A stretch of DNA of 56,619 nt from Deltaproteobacteria bacterium. GTDB lineage: Bacteria > Desulfobacterota > BSN033 > UBA1163. The stretch is taken from assembly GCA_037441765.1 (NCBI GenBank), contig JBBIRM010000004.1, positions 1 to 56,619 on the forward strand, read 5' to 3'. The stretch's first letter is position 1, and each line of letters starts with the position of its first letter. Positions 34,965 through 46,722 of this stretch are shown in pieces. The notes beneath the pieces were generated by a model. That model saw nothing but the letters and a program-made list of their open reading frames with translations, was not told the DNA's origin and searched no databases. Position numbers and translations under genes: made by a program.

Positions 34965-35166
34965 ACTTTCTTCTCCTATGTTTCAGTAATTTATCTTATC
35001 CCTTTTAAAATGTCAAAATGGGAAATGGAAGTAATTCGCTATTCATCTATCCCTGGAAAAAGTCTTACACTTAAGGCAGAATCATTGATTCTTGTAAGAA
35101 TTTAAATTAAATTTTAGTATTACATCAAAGAAAGCAAACAATGCTTTTTGAATCAAAGGAGGATTT

Positions 35167-36531
35167 ATGAAAATTAATCCACAAATCTTTAGGGAGTATG
35201 ATATTCGTGGGGTGGTGGATAAAGATCTTACCCAGGAGATCATGAGGAGATTGGGGCAGGGGTTTGGTACCTATATGAGGAACCTGGGTTATCAGGATTT
35301 AGTAGTTGGCCGAGATGGAAGGCTCAGTTCGAAATCTCTATGTGAAGCCTTGATTCAGGGTTTGATTTCAACGGGGTGTCATGTTGTGGATATTCAGGTC
35401 TGCCCAACTCCTGTTTACTATTTTTCCATCTATCACCTCAATAAAGAAGGAGGGATGATGGTGACTGGAAGCCATAACCCTCCTGAATTTAATGGATTGA
35501 AGGTCTCTGTAGGTAAAAGTACCATCTTTGGAGAGGAGATTCAGAATTTAAGGCGACTGATTGAGAAGGGTGAGTTTATCCTTGGGAAAGGAAATTTTTC
35601 CAAGGCAGAAGTTATCACTGCCTACCAAAATTATATCAAGGAAAACATTCATATAAAAAGAAAAATAAAAGTGGTCATCGATGCAGGAAATGGGACAGCG
35701 GGGGTAGTAGCCGGGCCCCTCCTAAGGGAGTTGGGTTGCGAAGTGGAAGAACTTTATTGTGAAATCGATGGCAGATTTCCAAACCATTTTCCAGATCCAA
35801 CCATTCCTCAAAATTTGAAAGACCTAATGGATCGTGTGAAGGTACTTCGAGCAGATTTAGGTATTGGGTACGATGGAGATGGGGACCGGATTGGGGTGGT
35901 GGATGAGCAGGGAAATATTATCTGGGGGGATCAATTGATGATCCTCTTCTCACGAGACATCCTTAAGGAGAGAAAAGGGGCTACGTTTGTTGGGGAGGTG
36001 AAGTGCTCCCAAAATCTCTTTACGGAGATCGAAAGGCATGGCGGGAAGGCCATCATGTGGAAGACCGGACACTCCCTGATCAAAGAGAAGATCAGGGAGG
36101 AAAATGCAGTTCTCGGTGGGGAAATGAGCGGACATCTATTTTTTGCAGACCGATATTTTGGCTATGACGATGCCATTTATGCCTCCTGTCGCCTCATAGA
36201 ACTCCTTTCAAAAACAGAGAAAAAACTCTCTCAACTCCTTCTTGATGTCCCCAGGACCTTCAATACCCCTGAGATCCGGGTTGATTGTCCAGATGAAATC
36301 AAATTTAAAGTTGTTGAAAGGATAAAGGAGGGTTTTAAGAGGAATTACCATATTATCGATATCGATGGGGTAAGGATTCAATTTGAGGAAGGGTGGGGCC
36401 TCGTCAGGGCCTCCAACACCCAACCCGCATTGGTACTCAGGTTCGAGGCATCGACCGAGGATCGGCTTAAAAAGATTAAGAAACTGGTTGAAGATAAAGT
36501 CGAAAGTGTAATTAAAGAATTTAGGAATTGA
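35167..36531 (+). CDS. phosphomannomutase/phosphoglucomutase-type phosphohexose mutase
   Basis: Active-site TGSHNPPEFNG, Mg site GYDGDGDR and sugar loop GEMSGH. Confidence 0.85.
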   Translation: MKINPQIFREYDIRGVVDKDLTQEIMRRLGQGFGTYMRNLGYQDLVVGRDGRLSSKSLCEALIQGLISTGCHVVDIQVCPTPVYYFSIYHLNKEGGMMVTGSHNPPEFNGLKVSVGKSTIFGEEIQNLRRLIEKGEFILGKGNFSKAEVITAYQNYIKENIHIKRKIKVVIDAGNGTAGVVAGPLLRELGCEVEELYCEIDGRFPNHFPDPTIPQNLKDLMDRVKVLRADLGIGYDGDGDRIGVVDEQGNIIWGDQLMILFSRDILKERKGATFVGEVKCSQNLFTEIERHGGKAIMWKTGHSLIKEKIREENAVLGGEMSGHLFFADRYFGYDDAIYASCRLIELLSKTEKKLSQLLLDVPRTFNTPEIRVDCPDEIKFKVVERIKEGFKRNYHIIDIDGVRIQFEEGWGLVRASNTQPALVLRFEASTEDRLKKIKKLVEDKVESVIKEFRN

Positions 36532-36605
36532 GCGATTAACTGGTTTAATACTTGCAACTCCTAAATTCAAAAATTTCCCAATTCCTGATCTTTACGACAA
36601 TATCA

Positions 36606-37397
36606 ATGGATTTACTTCAGGCCATCTTTCTCGCAATCGTTCAGGGTCTGACGGAATTTCTTCCCATAAGTAGTTCTGGCCATCTGGTCTTTTTTCAATC
36701 ACTTTTTAGGCTGGAAAAATCACAACTCCTTTTCGACGTGATGCTTCATCTTGGGACCCTCTTAGCAGTTATCTTCTTTTTTAGGGCCGATATCAAGATG
36801 ATCCTTAAAGATGTAAAAAAAGCCTTGAATGGAAAAGAAAAGGAGAGCGAGGGAGTAAAACTTCTTCTCTGGATCATCCTTGCCACTCTTCCTACAGGGT
36901 TTATGGGTATTTTTTTCCATGACTGGTTTGAATCTTTTTTTGTTAAACCTAAACTTGTTGGAACAATGCTTCTTCTGACGGGATCCCTTCTCTGGTTAAC
37001 AAGATATGTTAAAAATGAAGGAAGAAGGTTGGGCCAGATGAGGTGGTATGACTCCCTTCTTATCGGAATTTCTCAGGGGATAGCCATCATCCCTGGCATC
37101 TCTCGCTCAGGGGCCACAATCTCAACAGGACTTTTCTGCGGTTTGGATCGAGAACTATCTGGAAGATTTTCATTCCTTCTTTCCATCCCGGCTATCTTAG
37201 GGGCTACTATCTTAGAAGCCCGTCACCTCGAAATCATTCCTTCTCCCTGGACGGCTCTGGTGGGAATGATCATTGCCTTTGGGGTGGGTATTTTTTCCTT
37301 GACCTTTCTGATGAAAATAATTAAATTTGGTTCAATAAATAACTTCTCCTATTATTGCTTTTTGATCGGAGGAGTGATGGTCTTTTTGACCAAATAA
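36606..37397 (+). CDS. uppP: undecaprenyl-diphosphate phosphatase
   Basis: MDLLQAIFLAIVQGLTEFLPISSSGH is the UppP/BacA N-terminal signature, with a later PGISRSG motif. The ORF track starts at 36552. Confidence 0.9.
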   Translation: MDLLQAIFLAIVQGLTEFLPISSSGHLVFFQSLFRLEKSQLLFDVMLHLGTLLAVIFFFRADIKMILKDVKKALNGKEKESEGVKLLLWIILATLPTGFMGIFFHDWFESFFVKPKLVGTMLLLTGSLLWLTRYVKNEGRRLGQMRWYDSLLIGISQGIAIIPGISRSGATISTGLFCGLDRELSGRFSFLLSIPAILGATILEARHLEIIPSPWTALVGMIIAFGVGIFSLTFLMKIIKFGSINNFSYYCFLIGGVMVFLTK

Positions 37398-37416
37398 AAA
37401 AGAAGGGAGGAAAAAA

Positions 37417-38082
37417 ATGAGAATCAGAGATGTCATGACAAAAAATCCAATCACCATTGATAGCGAAACCCTTGTATTGGATGCCCAGAGGATTATGAAG
37501 GAAAATAATATACGAAGGCTCCCCATTGTGGATAAGGGGAAATTGGTAGGAATTGTTACCAAACACGACCTTCTTGAAGCCTCCCCCTCTCCTGCCACCT
37601 CACTAAGCATCCATGAATTGAACTATCTCCTTTCCAAAATGAAGGTGAAGGAGATCATGACTAAGAATCCCACAACCATAAGCCCAGATACCCCTTTTGA
37701 AGAGGCCCTGAGGATTGGCCAGGAAAAGAAAATTGGTGCTTTCCCAGTTGTGGAAGATGGGAAATTGGTTGGAATTGTAACCGAATCGGATATTGTCAGA
37801 TTTATGTCTCGTGTATTAGGGATTAGAGAAGAAGGTTCAAGAATTACCATCGAAGGATTAGGTGGAAAGTTAGGAGACCTTGAAAAGATTATCTCAATTG
37901 CAAACAAACACAATACGATTGTATTAAGCATGATCTCCCTGCCCAGACCGGAAAAGAAGGATTGGATGATCGTGCTGAGGTTAAAGACTTCAGATCCTGA
38001 TCCTATTGTAAAGGATTTTAGGAAAGAAGGATTTAATGTTACTTATTCGGCCTGGTTTAAATGTGAATCAGGTAGGGCTTGA
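37417..38082 (+). CDS. CBS-pair protein with C-terminal ACT-like domain (AcuB-like)
   Basis: Two CBS motifs (VMTKNPITI...LPIVDKGKLVGIVT and IMTKNPTTI...FPVVEDGKLVGIVT) plus a ~80-aa tail. Confidence 0.75.
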   Translation: MRIRDVMTKNPITIDSETLVLDAQRIMKENNIRRLPIVDKGKLVGIVTKHDLLEASPSPATSLSIHELNYLLSKMKVKEIMTKNPTTISPDTPFEEALRIGQEKKIGAFPVVEDGKLVGIVTESDIVRFMSRVLGIREEGSRITIEGLGGKLGDLEKIISIANKHNTIVLSMISLPRPEKKDWMIVLRLKTSDPDPIVKDFRKEGFNVTYSAWFKCESGRA

Positions 38083-38117
38083 GGTTTGATCTTCTGAAAA
38101 GTCTTCTTAAAAGGGGA

Positions 38118-39953
38118 TCATAGTTCTTCCCCTTTATGAAAAAATTGATAAATCCTTTGGGCCAGTTTTTTATTCATCTTTGGAGCTACAGATATATCTT
38201 CAAAACTGGCCCTTTTTATATTCTCAACGCTTCCAAAATATCTTAAAAGTTCCTTCTGCCTCTTTTCTCCAACTCCTGGGATATGCTTTAACTCCGTTTT
38301 GATTGTCTCCTTCTTTCTTACCTTCTGATGATAGGTGATGGCAAAACGGTGGGCCTCATCCCGAATTCGATCAAGAAAATTAAGAAGCGGAGATCCTTTC
38401 CCTAAAATAAATGGCTCTTTAAACTGAGGATGAAAAACCTTTTCCTCGGTTTTTTCAAACGATGAATGACCACCTATCTTTTTAACCCTTTCTTTTGCAA
38501 TACCGAGAATGTCCACTCCTCTAATCTGAAGATCTTTAAATACCTCCTGACCCACATTCAGTTGACCTCTCCCTCCATCAATGAGAACCAGATCAGGGAG
38601 ATCACCTCCCTTCATGTAGCGCCTAAAAAGCACCTCATACATCATTCCGTAGTCATCCATCCCTTCAATGGTCCGAATCTTGAAGTGGCGATATCGGTCT
38701 TTGGCAGGACGCCCATTTTCAAAACAGACCATCGAACCCACTGCATATCCTCCCTGGAGATTTGAGATATCAAAGGCTTCTATTATCCTTGGAATTTTTC
38801 TTAAATGGAGTCTCTCCTTCAAGACTTCAAGAATCCTTTCCTGATCCTTTTCAACTTCCACCTCCCGCAGAAGAAACTTTTCAGCATTTTCAGAAGCCAT
38901 CTTTAGGATTTCTCTTTTATCCCCCTTTAAAGGAAGCAAGATCTGGACTTTCTCCCCCTTCAATTCCGTCAACCACTGCTCCGCCAATGAATGCTCTGGA
39001 ATCTCCATTGGGATAAGAATCCTCTCTGGAATGAATCTTCCTTCTCGGTAATATTGTCTGAGGAATGAAGAGAGGACCTCCTCATCTGGAAGCCCATAAG
39101 AAGAGAGACGAAACCCCTTTCCCCCAAGGAGTTTTCCTGCCCTTAAGAAAAGGGCATAAATTATGATTGTGTTATCCTGGCGATGAAATCCGATTACATC
39201 CTGGTCAAGAAAATCACGGGAGACAACCTTCTGCTTCTCAATTACATGTTCGATATATGAGATTTGATCCCGAATTTTTGCTGCAGTTTCAAAGTGGAGT
39301 TTTTCAGATTCCTCTTCCATCCTCGTTCTCAAAGTTTCAATCAGGTCTTTATCCTTCCCTTCAAGAAACATCCTTACCTGCTGGACGACCTTCCGATATT
39401 GGGTGGGATCTATCTTGTTACAACATGGGCCTAAACACCGACCCATCTCATAATTGATGCAGGGTCTTAAGCGATTAGAAAATTTTTTATCAATGCAGGT
39501 TCGGATGGGAAAGTGTCTTCGAATGAATTTCAAAGTCTCCCTCAAAGAGGTTGAAGAGGTGTAGGGACCAAAATAAAGAGAGTTATCTTTTTTGACTCGT
39601 CTTACTATCGAAAGGGTTGGAAACTCCTCTTCCACAGATAATCGAAGATAGGGATAAGTTTTATCATCTCTCAGCTTAACGTTATAACGAGGTCGGTGGG
39701 CCTTGATCAGATTATTCTCGAGAATGAGGGCCTCCTTATCCGTGTCAGTTACAATCGTTTCAATATCTGCTACCTTCTCCAAAAGTGCGAGGGTCTTTGT
39801 CCCTTTCTCCTCTCCCCTATGGAAATAGGAGGCAACCCTGTGTCTGAGGTTTCCTGCCTTGCCCACATAAAGAACCTTTCCTGCTCTATCTTTTAAAAGG
39901 TAGACCCCTGGGGTGGTCGGGAGGATAGAGATTTTTTGCTCTAAGAGATTCAT
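38118..39953 (-). CDS. uvrC: excinuclease ABC subunit C
   Basis: GIY-YIG N-terminus (GVYLLKD...LYVGKA), UVR domain, Endo V-like domain and a C-terminal (HhH)2. Confidence 0.93.
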   Translation of the reverse strand: MNLLEQKISILPTTPGVYLLKDRAGKVLYVGKAGNLRHRVASYFHRGEEKGTKTLALLEKVADIETIVTDTDKEALILENNLIKAHRPRYNVKLRDDKTYPYLRLSVEEEFPTLSIVRRVKKDNSLYFGPYTSSTSLRETLKFIRRHFPIRTCIDKKFSNRLRPCINYEMGRCLGPCCNKIDPTQYRKVVQQVRMFLEGKDKDLIETLRTRMEEESEKLHFETAAKIRDQISYIEHVIEKQKVVSRDFLDQDVIGFHRQDNTIIIYALFLRAGKLLGGKGFRLSSYGLPDEEVLSSFLRQYYREGRFIPERILIPMEIPEHSLAEQWLTELKGEKVQILLPLKGDKREILKMASENAEKFLLREVEVEKDQERILEVLKERLHLRKIPRIIEAFDISNLQGGYAVGSMVCFENGRPAKDRYRHFKIRTIEGMDDYGMMYEVLFRRYMKGGDLPDLVLIDGGRGQLNVGQEVFKDLQIRGVDILGIAKERVKKIGGHSSFEKTEEKVFHPQFKEPFILGKGSPLLNFLDRIRDEAHRFAITYHQKVRKKETIKTELKHIPGVGEKRQKELLRYFGSVENIKRASFEDISVAPKMNKKLAQRIYQFFHKGEEL

Positions 39954-39990
39954 CTTCTTTCTTAAATTTAAAAACCTTCAGGAAACGTGA

Positions 39991-41985
39991 TTACGCAATT
40001 TTTAATTCTACCTCTTTAAGCCTCTGGATCTTATCCCTGAGTTGAGTAGCCCGTTCAAACTCTAACCTGCGGGCAGCCTCTTTCATCTCAACCGTCAATT
40101 CCTGAATCATCCTCGGGATATCCTTTATTGACCCATATTCCTCCTTCAGTTCTGAAATCACAGGAACAGTGAAGTAATCCGCTTCGTAGATTGAGGATAG
40201 AATATTTCGAATCGATTTCTTAATGGTCTGCGGTGTGATCCGATTCTTCTTATTATATTCCTCCTGAATTTTTCTTCTACGGTTTGTCTCTAAAATTGCC
40301 TGATCCATTGCAGATGTAATTTTATCTGCATATAGGATCACCTGGCCATTTATATTTCGAGCGGCCCGGCCAAAGGTCTGAATAAGAGATTTCTCAGAAC
40401 GAAGAAACCCTTCCTTATCCGCATCGAGAATAGCGACGAGGGAGACCTCAGGAAGGTCGAGGCCCTCCCTGAGTAGATTAATCCCAATCAGTACATCAAA
40501 TTTTCCTAACCGAAGGTCCTGTATGATCTCAACTCGATCAAGGGTATCGATATCCGAATGAAGATACTTGACTCGAATCCCAAGATCAGAATAATATTCT
40601 GTAAGATCTTCTGCCATTCGTTTGGTGAGGGTGGTAACCAGAACCCTCTCCTTTCTCTCCACCTTTTTTCGAATCTCCTTTAACAAATCGTCAACCTGAT
40701 TCTTTGCAGGTCTTACTTCGAGAAGTGGGTCACTCAACCCGGTTGGACGAATGATCTGTTCCACAATCCTTCCCTTACTCTTTTCCATCTCATAATCCCC
40801 GGGCGTGGCTGAGACATATATTACTTGATTTATCCGTTGCTCAAACTCTTCAAACATGAGAGGACGATTGTCCAGGGCAGAAGGTAGTCGAAAACCGTAT
40901 TCTACAAGTGTCTCCTTTCGTGAACGGTCTCCCCTATACATGCCGATAAGCTGGGGAATCGTCACATGGCTTTCATCAATGAATAGAAGAAAATCTTTTG
41001 GATAATAATCTAAAAGTACAGGAGGAGGCTCCCCTGGTTTTCGGCCTGTAAGATGGCGAGAATAGTTTTCAATCCCCTGACAGTATCCTAACTCCTGAAG
41101 CATCTCGAGATCGAAATTGGTTCTCTGCTCAATTCGCTGTGCCTCCAGTAGGCGATTTTGTGACTTAAACCATTCCACCCTCTCCTTCAATTCCTCACGG
41201 ATATTCTGAATGGCGATTGCCATCCGTTCTGGGAAGGTTACATAATGGCTGTTCGGATAGATGGGAATTTTTTCTAATTGTTGAAGGACCTTTCCTCTTA
41301 AAGGATCAACTTCATTAATATCTTCAATCTCGTCTCCAAAGAGCTGGATGCGGATGGCGTGTTTCTCCTCGTGGGCTGGGAAGACTTCGATCACGTCTCC
41401 CCTCACCCGAAACGTGCCTCGATGAAAGTCCACATCGTTACGTTCATACTGAATTTCAACAAGTTTTGAAAGGATTTCCTCTCTTGAGATCTCCATTCCT
41501 TTTTCAAGGTAGAGGAGCATCCCATGGTAGGCCTCAGGAGAACCAAGACCATAGATACAGGAGACACTCGCTACAATGATGACATCGTTTCGCTCAAGAA
41601 GAGAGCGTGTGGCTGAATGGCGCATCTTATCAATATTTTCATTAATTTGAGTGTCTTTCTCAATATAGGTGTCTGTCGATGGGATATAGGCCTCGGGTTG
41701 ATAATAGTCGTAGTAACTTACAAAGAATTCGACCGCATTCTCTGGAAATAGCTCTTTAAATTCTCCGTAGAGCTGGGCAGCCAGAGTTTTATTGTGGGAG
41801 ATGACCAGGGTGGGTTTTTGAACCCTCTCGATAACATTGGCCATGGTAAAGGTCTTCCCCGATCCCGTTACTCCAAGGAGAACCTGGTGCTTAACCCCCT
41901 TAAGTATGGCCTCACTCAATTGATCGATAGCCTTGGGTTGGTCACCTCTGGGTTTAAACTCAGAGACCAATTTAAATCGGTTCAT
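39991..41985 (-). CDS. uvrB: excinuclease ABC subunit B
   Basis: Walker A GVTGSGKT, helicase motifs (DESH) and a C-terminal UVR motif. 664 aa. Confidence 0.95.
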   Translation of the reverse strand: MNRFKLVSEFKPRGDQPKAIDQLSEAILKGVKHQVLLGVTGSGKTFTMANVIERVQKPTLVISHNKTLAAQLYGEFKELFPENAVEFFVSYYDYYQPEAYIPSTDTYIEKDTQINENIDKMRHSATRSLLERNDVIIVASVSCIYGLGSPEAYHGMLLYLEKGMEISREEILSKLVEIQYERNDVDFHRGTFRVRGDVIEVFPAHEEKHAIRIQLFGDEIEDINEVDPLRGKVLQQLEKIPIYPNSHYVTFPERMAIAIQNIREELKERVEWFKSQNRLLEAQRIEQRTNFDLEMLQELGYCQGIENYSRHLTGRKPGEPPPVLLDYYPKDFLLFIDESHVTIPQLIGMYRGDRSRKETLVEYGFRLPSALDNRPLMFEEFEQRINQVIYVSATPGDYEMEKSKGRIVEQIIRPTGLSDPLLEVRPAKNQVDDLLKEIRKKVERKERVLVTTLTKRMAEDLTEYYSDLGIRVKYLHSDIDTLDRVEIIQDLRLGKFDVLIGINLLREGLDLPEVSLVAILDADKEGFLRSEKSLIQTFGRAARNINGQVILYADKITSAMDQAILETNRRRKIQEEYNKKNRITPQTIKKSIRNILSSIYEADYFTVPVISELKEEYGSIKDIPRMIQELTVEMKEAARRLEFERATQLRDKIQRLKEVELKIA

Positions 41986-42043
41986 AAAATCATTTTAAAA
42001 CAAAAAAGCATGGGGATAAAAGAGTGTTTGAGGATTTATCAAA

Positions 42044-42991
42044 CTAAGTGGCTGAGACTTTTTTTATACGGATATTGGTAAGATCGATTTGGCCCAGTCC
42101 TGATTCATAGGCATATTTGAGGAATTTGATCTCCTCGGGTCGATAAGGCTTTCCATTCCTTGGATTTTTGAAAAACCCCGTGGCGTAAGCATCCACAGCC
42201 ACAATATCGGTAGAGACAATGACCTCCCCAGGAGACTCAACCTTTCCTGGTCCTTTAGGACCATTGGTAGTGAGAATCCTGATCGCATCCATCACCACCA
42301 GATCCGGTTTTCGAAGTGTATTGATATCGGCAATCGATTGATGGAGATCAATCTTATGCAACTGCTCCATGTCCCAGACTATTCCAATCAAATTCTTCAG
42401 TCCGAGAGTCAGTTCCGAGGCAAAGTGATGTTTTGGAATAGGAAAATTGATAAAAACATCTGTTTCGAGAACCTCCTTTAGCACTTCAGCAGTCTTTAGT
42501 TTCTTTCCTTTTGGAATCTCAACCTTTTTATAGACATTTCTCCCATGACCTGAGAGGACCTCAGCACCTGCCTTCTCTCCTGCTTCTTTCAGCCCGGTTC
42601 GAACAAAGGTAAATTGGTGATTGTCACAGGTATGGTCCCAGACCGCCACCCGGGAGGCACCTGCCTCATAACACATTTTAACCAATGCGTAGAGAAGGTC
42701 TGGGTTATTTGTACAAGCCTGTTCAGGAGTTCTTGCCCAGGCAATATTTGCTTTGATCACCACTTTCTGACCTTTTTTTACAAAACGTCCCATTCCTCCT
42801 AAAGGATAGATCGCAGCCTGGAGGAGTTGGGCGGGTGTACCATTCTTTGCAATCACGAGAACTGGTTCTTCTTCAGCATGGGCCAGTGTTCCGTAGTATG
42901 GAAGTCTATTCACTACCCAGGGGAGGGCTATACCAAATGTAGCTCCCTTGATAAATTCTCTTCGATTCAGGCTTTTCTTAAATATGTTCAT
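42044..42991 (-). CDS. Tat-exported DUF362-like protein
   Basis: Twin-arginine signal SLNRREFIKGATFG. The body resembles the DUF362 family (IKANIAW...; VMDAIRIL). Family recognised from memory only. Confidence 0.55.
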   Translation of the reverse strand: MNIFKKSLNRREFIKGATFGIALPWVVNRLPYYGTLAHAEEEPVLVIAKNGTPAQLLQAAIYPLGGMGRFVKKGQKVVIKANIAWARTPEQACTNNPDLLYALVKMCYEAGASRVAVWDHTCDNHQFTFVRTGLKEAGEKAGAEVLSGHGRNVYKKVEIPKGKKLKTAEVLKEVLETDVFINFPIPKHHFASELTLGLKNLIGIVWDMEQLHKIDLHQSIADINTLRKPDLVVMDAIRILTTNGPKGPGKVESPGEVIVSTDIVAVDAYATGFFKNPRNGKPYRPEEIKFLKYAYESGLGQIDLTNIRIKKVSAT

Positions 42992-43015
42992 GGATGGACC
43001 TCCTTTTTCCTCTCC

Positions 43016-44059
43016 CTAATGGGTTAGGATCAACTTAGAAGCACCTCGGTCTGTCCCAAACCAGACCCCATCTCTATCCTCTGTGGCACAAAGAACCATA
43101 TTGCTTAAAAGTCCATCTGAAGTAGTGAAGGAGTCCCATCGTTTGGTCTGAAGATCAAAGACGCTCACCCCATTTTCACGACAGATGAAGATTCTTCCTT
43201 TTATAACAGCCATAGAATTAATTCCGCCATTTTTTAAAGGATCTTTGGATTCGATTCTCGTCCAGCGGTCTTCCTGAGGTTCGTACTCCAACAGGCCGCC
43301 TCCACTTTCTCCTGCCCATATACGGTTTTTAACTTTAATTAATGATCTGATATCTGTTTCTCCCACTCCCTCTCTCTGAGAGTAATTCTTAAATCCCTTC
43401 CTTCCTTTTAATAGCCGACTGATCCCTCCATTTGTCCCGATCCATAGGGATTCGGATTGAACTAAAATGGTATTGATAAAGTTTCCTGAAAGACCTTCCT
43501 GAATCGAAAAGAATTGCCTCCAGGTCTCACTCTTCTTATCCAGGACATTTAGTCCCTTTTCTGAACCCACCCATAAGGTTTCTCCATCCAATGCCATGGA
43601 GACAATCTTTTTAGCCCGGCCATTATTTGTATTAAAAACCTTCCATTGAGGTTGTCTGTGAGGTTGGTAATAAGAAATGCCTCCACCCTTAAATCCATAA
43701 AAATGGGTTCCAAACCATATCCGGTCTAAATCCGGAAGAATCACTGTCACATGATTATATGGAAGTAGATTTTTCCAGTTGATGCTCACCCCATCATCTA
43801 CCTGATCCATTGGCTCCCCTTTTGTTGTATAGGCCTTAACGACTTTCTTTGACCGGTTATAAAAAGTTGCCCCCCCTGCATAGGTTCCAAACCACACATC
43901 ATCTCCCTGGACTGCAATTGCATAGACCATTTCACTGGATAACCCCTCTTTGGGAGTGAATTGTTGAAATATAAGCGGTCTCTTCAAGGGAACCCCTTCG
44001 GATGAATTAAAGGCTGTGAGTATAGTCACCAAAATAATTGTAAGTATCTTCTTATTCAT
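43016..44059 (-). CDS. secreted beta-propeller protein (two-component-regulator-propeller-type repeats)
   Basis: Signal peptide followed by six or more repeats ending in W(F/I/V)GT/GS (DVWFGT, RIWFGT, TLWVGS, SLWIGT, RIWAGE, GVWFGT). Confidence 0.65.
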   Translation of the reverse strand: MNKKILTIILVTILTAFNSSEGVPLKRPLIFQQFTPKEGLSSEMVYAIAVQGDDVWFGTYAGGATFYNRSKKVVKAYTTKGEPMDQVDDGVSINWKNLLPYNHVTVILPDLDRIWFGTHFYGFKGGGISYYQPHRQPQWKVFNTNNGRAKKIVSMALDGETLWVGSEKGLNVLDKKSETWRQFFSIQEGLSGNFINTILVQSESLWIGTNGGISRLLKGRKGFKNYSQREGVGETDIRSLIKVKNRIWAGESGGGLLEYEPQEDRWTRIESKDPLKNGGINSMAVIKGRIFICRENGVSVFDLQTKRWDSFTTSDGLLSNMVLCATEDRDGVWFGTDRGASKLILTH

Positions 44060-44207
44060 CGTTTTTCTCTTTTATCAAAATTTACCCCATAAGACTTTCT
44101 AATGGGTTTTACCAAATTATGTCAAACCCAGATAAAGTTTTCAATATCCAAACTACCTTTGAATCCCTTTAGCAGGTAGTCTTCCTCAACGAGAAATTTA
44201 ATGAGAG

Positions 44208-44323
44208 AGTTTGGCACTATTGATTAATTCCCTGAAAATGTTTGTTTTTCTCTTAAACGATTGTTAGCAAATTAACTTCTTAGTGCCCGCATTCGAAGGG
44301 TTTGGAACCCTACCTCCCCAGTC
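44208..44323. repeat. 116-nt repeat core, copy 2 (left TIR not recognisable)
   Basis: Matches 54-169 with about 6 mismatches. The right end accctacctccccagtc corresponds to the copy-1 TIR. Confidence 0.7.
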
Positions 44324-44370
44324 GAAAAAATCTTTTTTTAATACTTTTTCAGAAATCTCAATAGGAGCCC

Positions 44371-44399
44371 TTGACAATGATGGAAGGGATGATTATTTT
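44371..44399 (+). promoter_or_regulatory. candidate groES-groEL promoter
   Basis: TTGACA (44371-44376), a 17-nt spacer, then TATTTT (44394-44399), which is a weak -10. The same upstream box and 10-nt spacing occur at the greA promoter. Confidence 0.35.
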
Positions 44400-44570
44400 T
44401 TTCTAAATTTCTTTTAAATTATAATATGTTATTACCTTTTTGGCCATCCGGTGAAAAGATAACCATTTAATTTTAATAAACTTTTTGATTTTAAGGAGGT
44501 GATGTGTTAGAGTTTAAATAAATTTGGCTTTTCCCAATTCCTATATTTCTTAAGAAAGGAGATGCAAAAG

Positions 44571-44864
44571 ATGAAGATCAGGCCATTGCAAGACAGAGTT
44601 ATTGTAAAGAGATTGGAGGAGGAAGAGAAGACTAAAGGTGGAATCATCATCCCTGACACTGCAAAGGAAAAACCCCAGGAAGGAAAGGTGATCGCTGTTG
44701 GAAAGGGGAAGGTCACAGAGGATGGTAAGGTGATCCCCCTCGATGTGAAGGTTGGAGATAGAATCCTCTTTGCTAAATATGCAGGGACGGAGGTGAAGAT
44801 TGAGGGAGAGGAACACCTCATTATGAGAGAAGAGGATATTTTAGGTGTGATTGAAGGAAAATAA
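44571..44864 (+). CDS. groES: co-chaperonin GroES
   Basis: [14 protein letters not shown]... is canonical GroES. The AAGGAG RBS lies 9 nt upstream of the ATG at 44571. The ORF-track ATG at 44562 abuts the RBS. Confidence 0.95.
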   Translation: MKIRPLQDRVIVKRLEEEEKTKGGIIIPDTAKEKPQEGKVIAVGKGKVTEDGKVIPLDVKVGDRILFAKYAGTEVKIEGEEHLIMREEDILGVIEGK

Positions 44865-44894
44865 AAACCAACTATTTTAAAGAAATGGAGGTAG

Positions 44895-46538
<1,644 letters not shown>

Positions 46539-46570
46539 AAGTTGGGATGACCATTTTGATCCTCCGATCA

Positions 46571-46617
46571 AAAGCCCGGGGAAATATGATAATTTATTTC
46601 CTTGGGCTTTTTATTTT
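46571..46617 (+). terminator. Rho-independent terminator after groEL
   Basis: aaagcccggggaaat (46571-46585) pairs with atttccttgggcttt (46596-46610), including 2 G-U pairs. A T-rich tail follows. Confidence 0.75.
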
Positions 46618-46722
46618 ACCTTAGAATTTTATGAAATATGAAAATGAGCCATTGAGTCCCTTTGGAAAATGGGTTGAATGAATTGTAACTACTGATTTTT
46701 ATGATGAAAATCAATTTGCCTC

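Noticed and set aside
44264-44287. Possible CIRCE (HrcA operator) inside the repeat upstream of groES: ttagcaaat-N8/9-tagtgcc.
   Set aside because: Only the TTAGCA and AGTGC parts match TTAGCACTC-N9-GAGTGCTAA. The two halves are not complementary to each other. The greA copy diverges further (ctcaacgcc). It is not a credible CIRCE.
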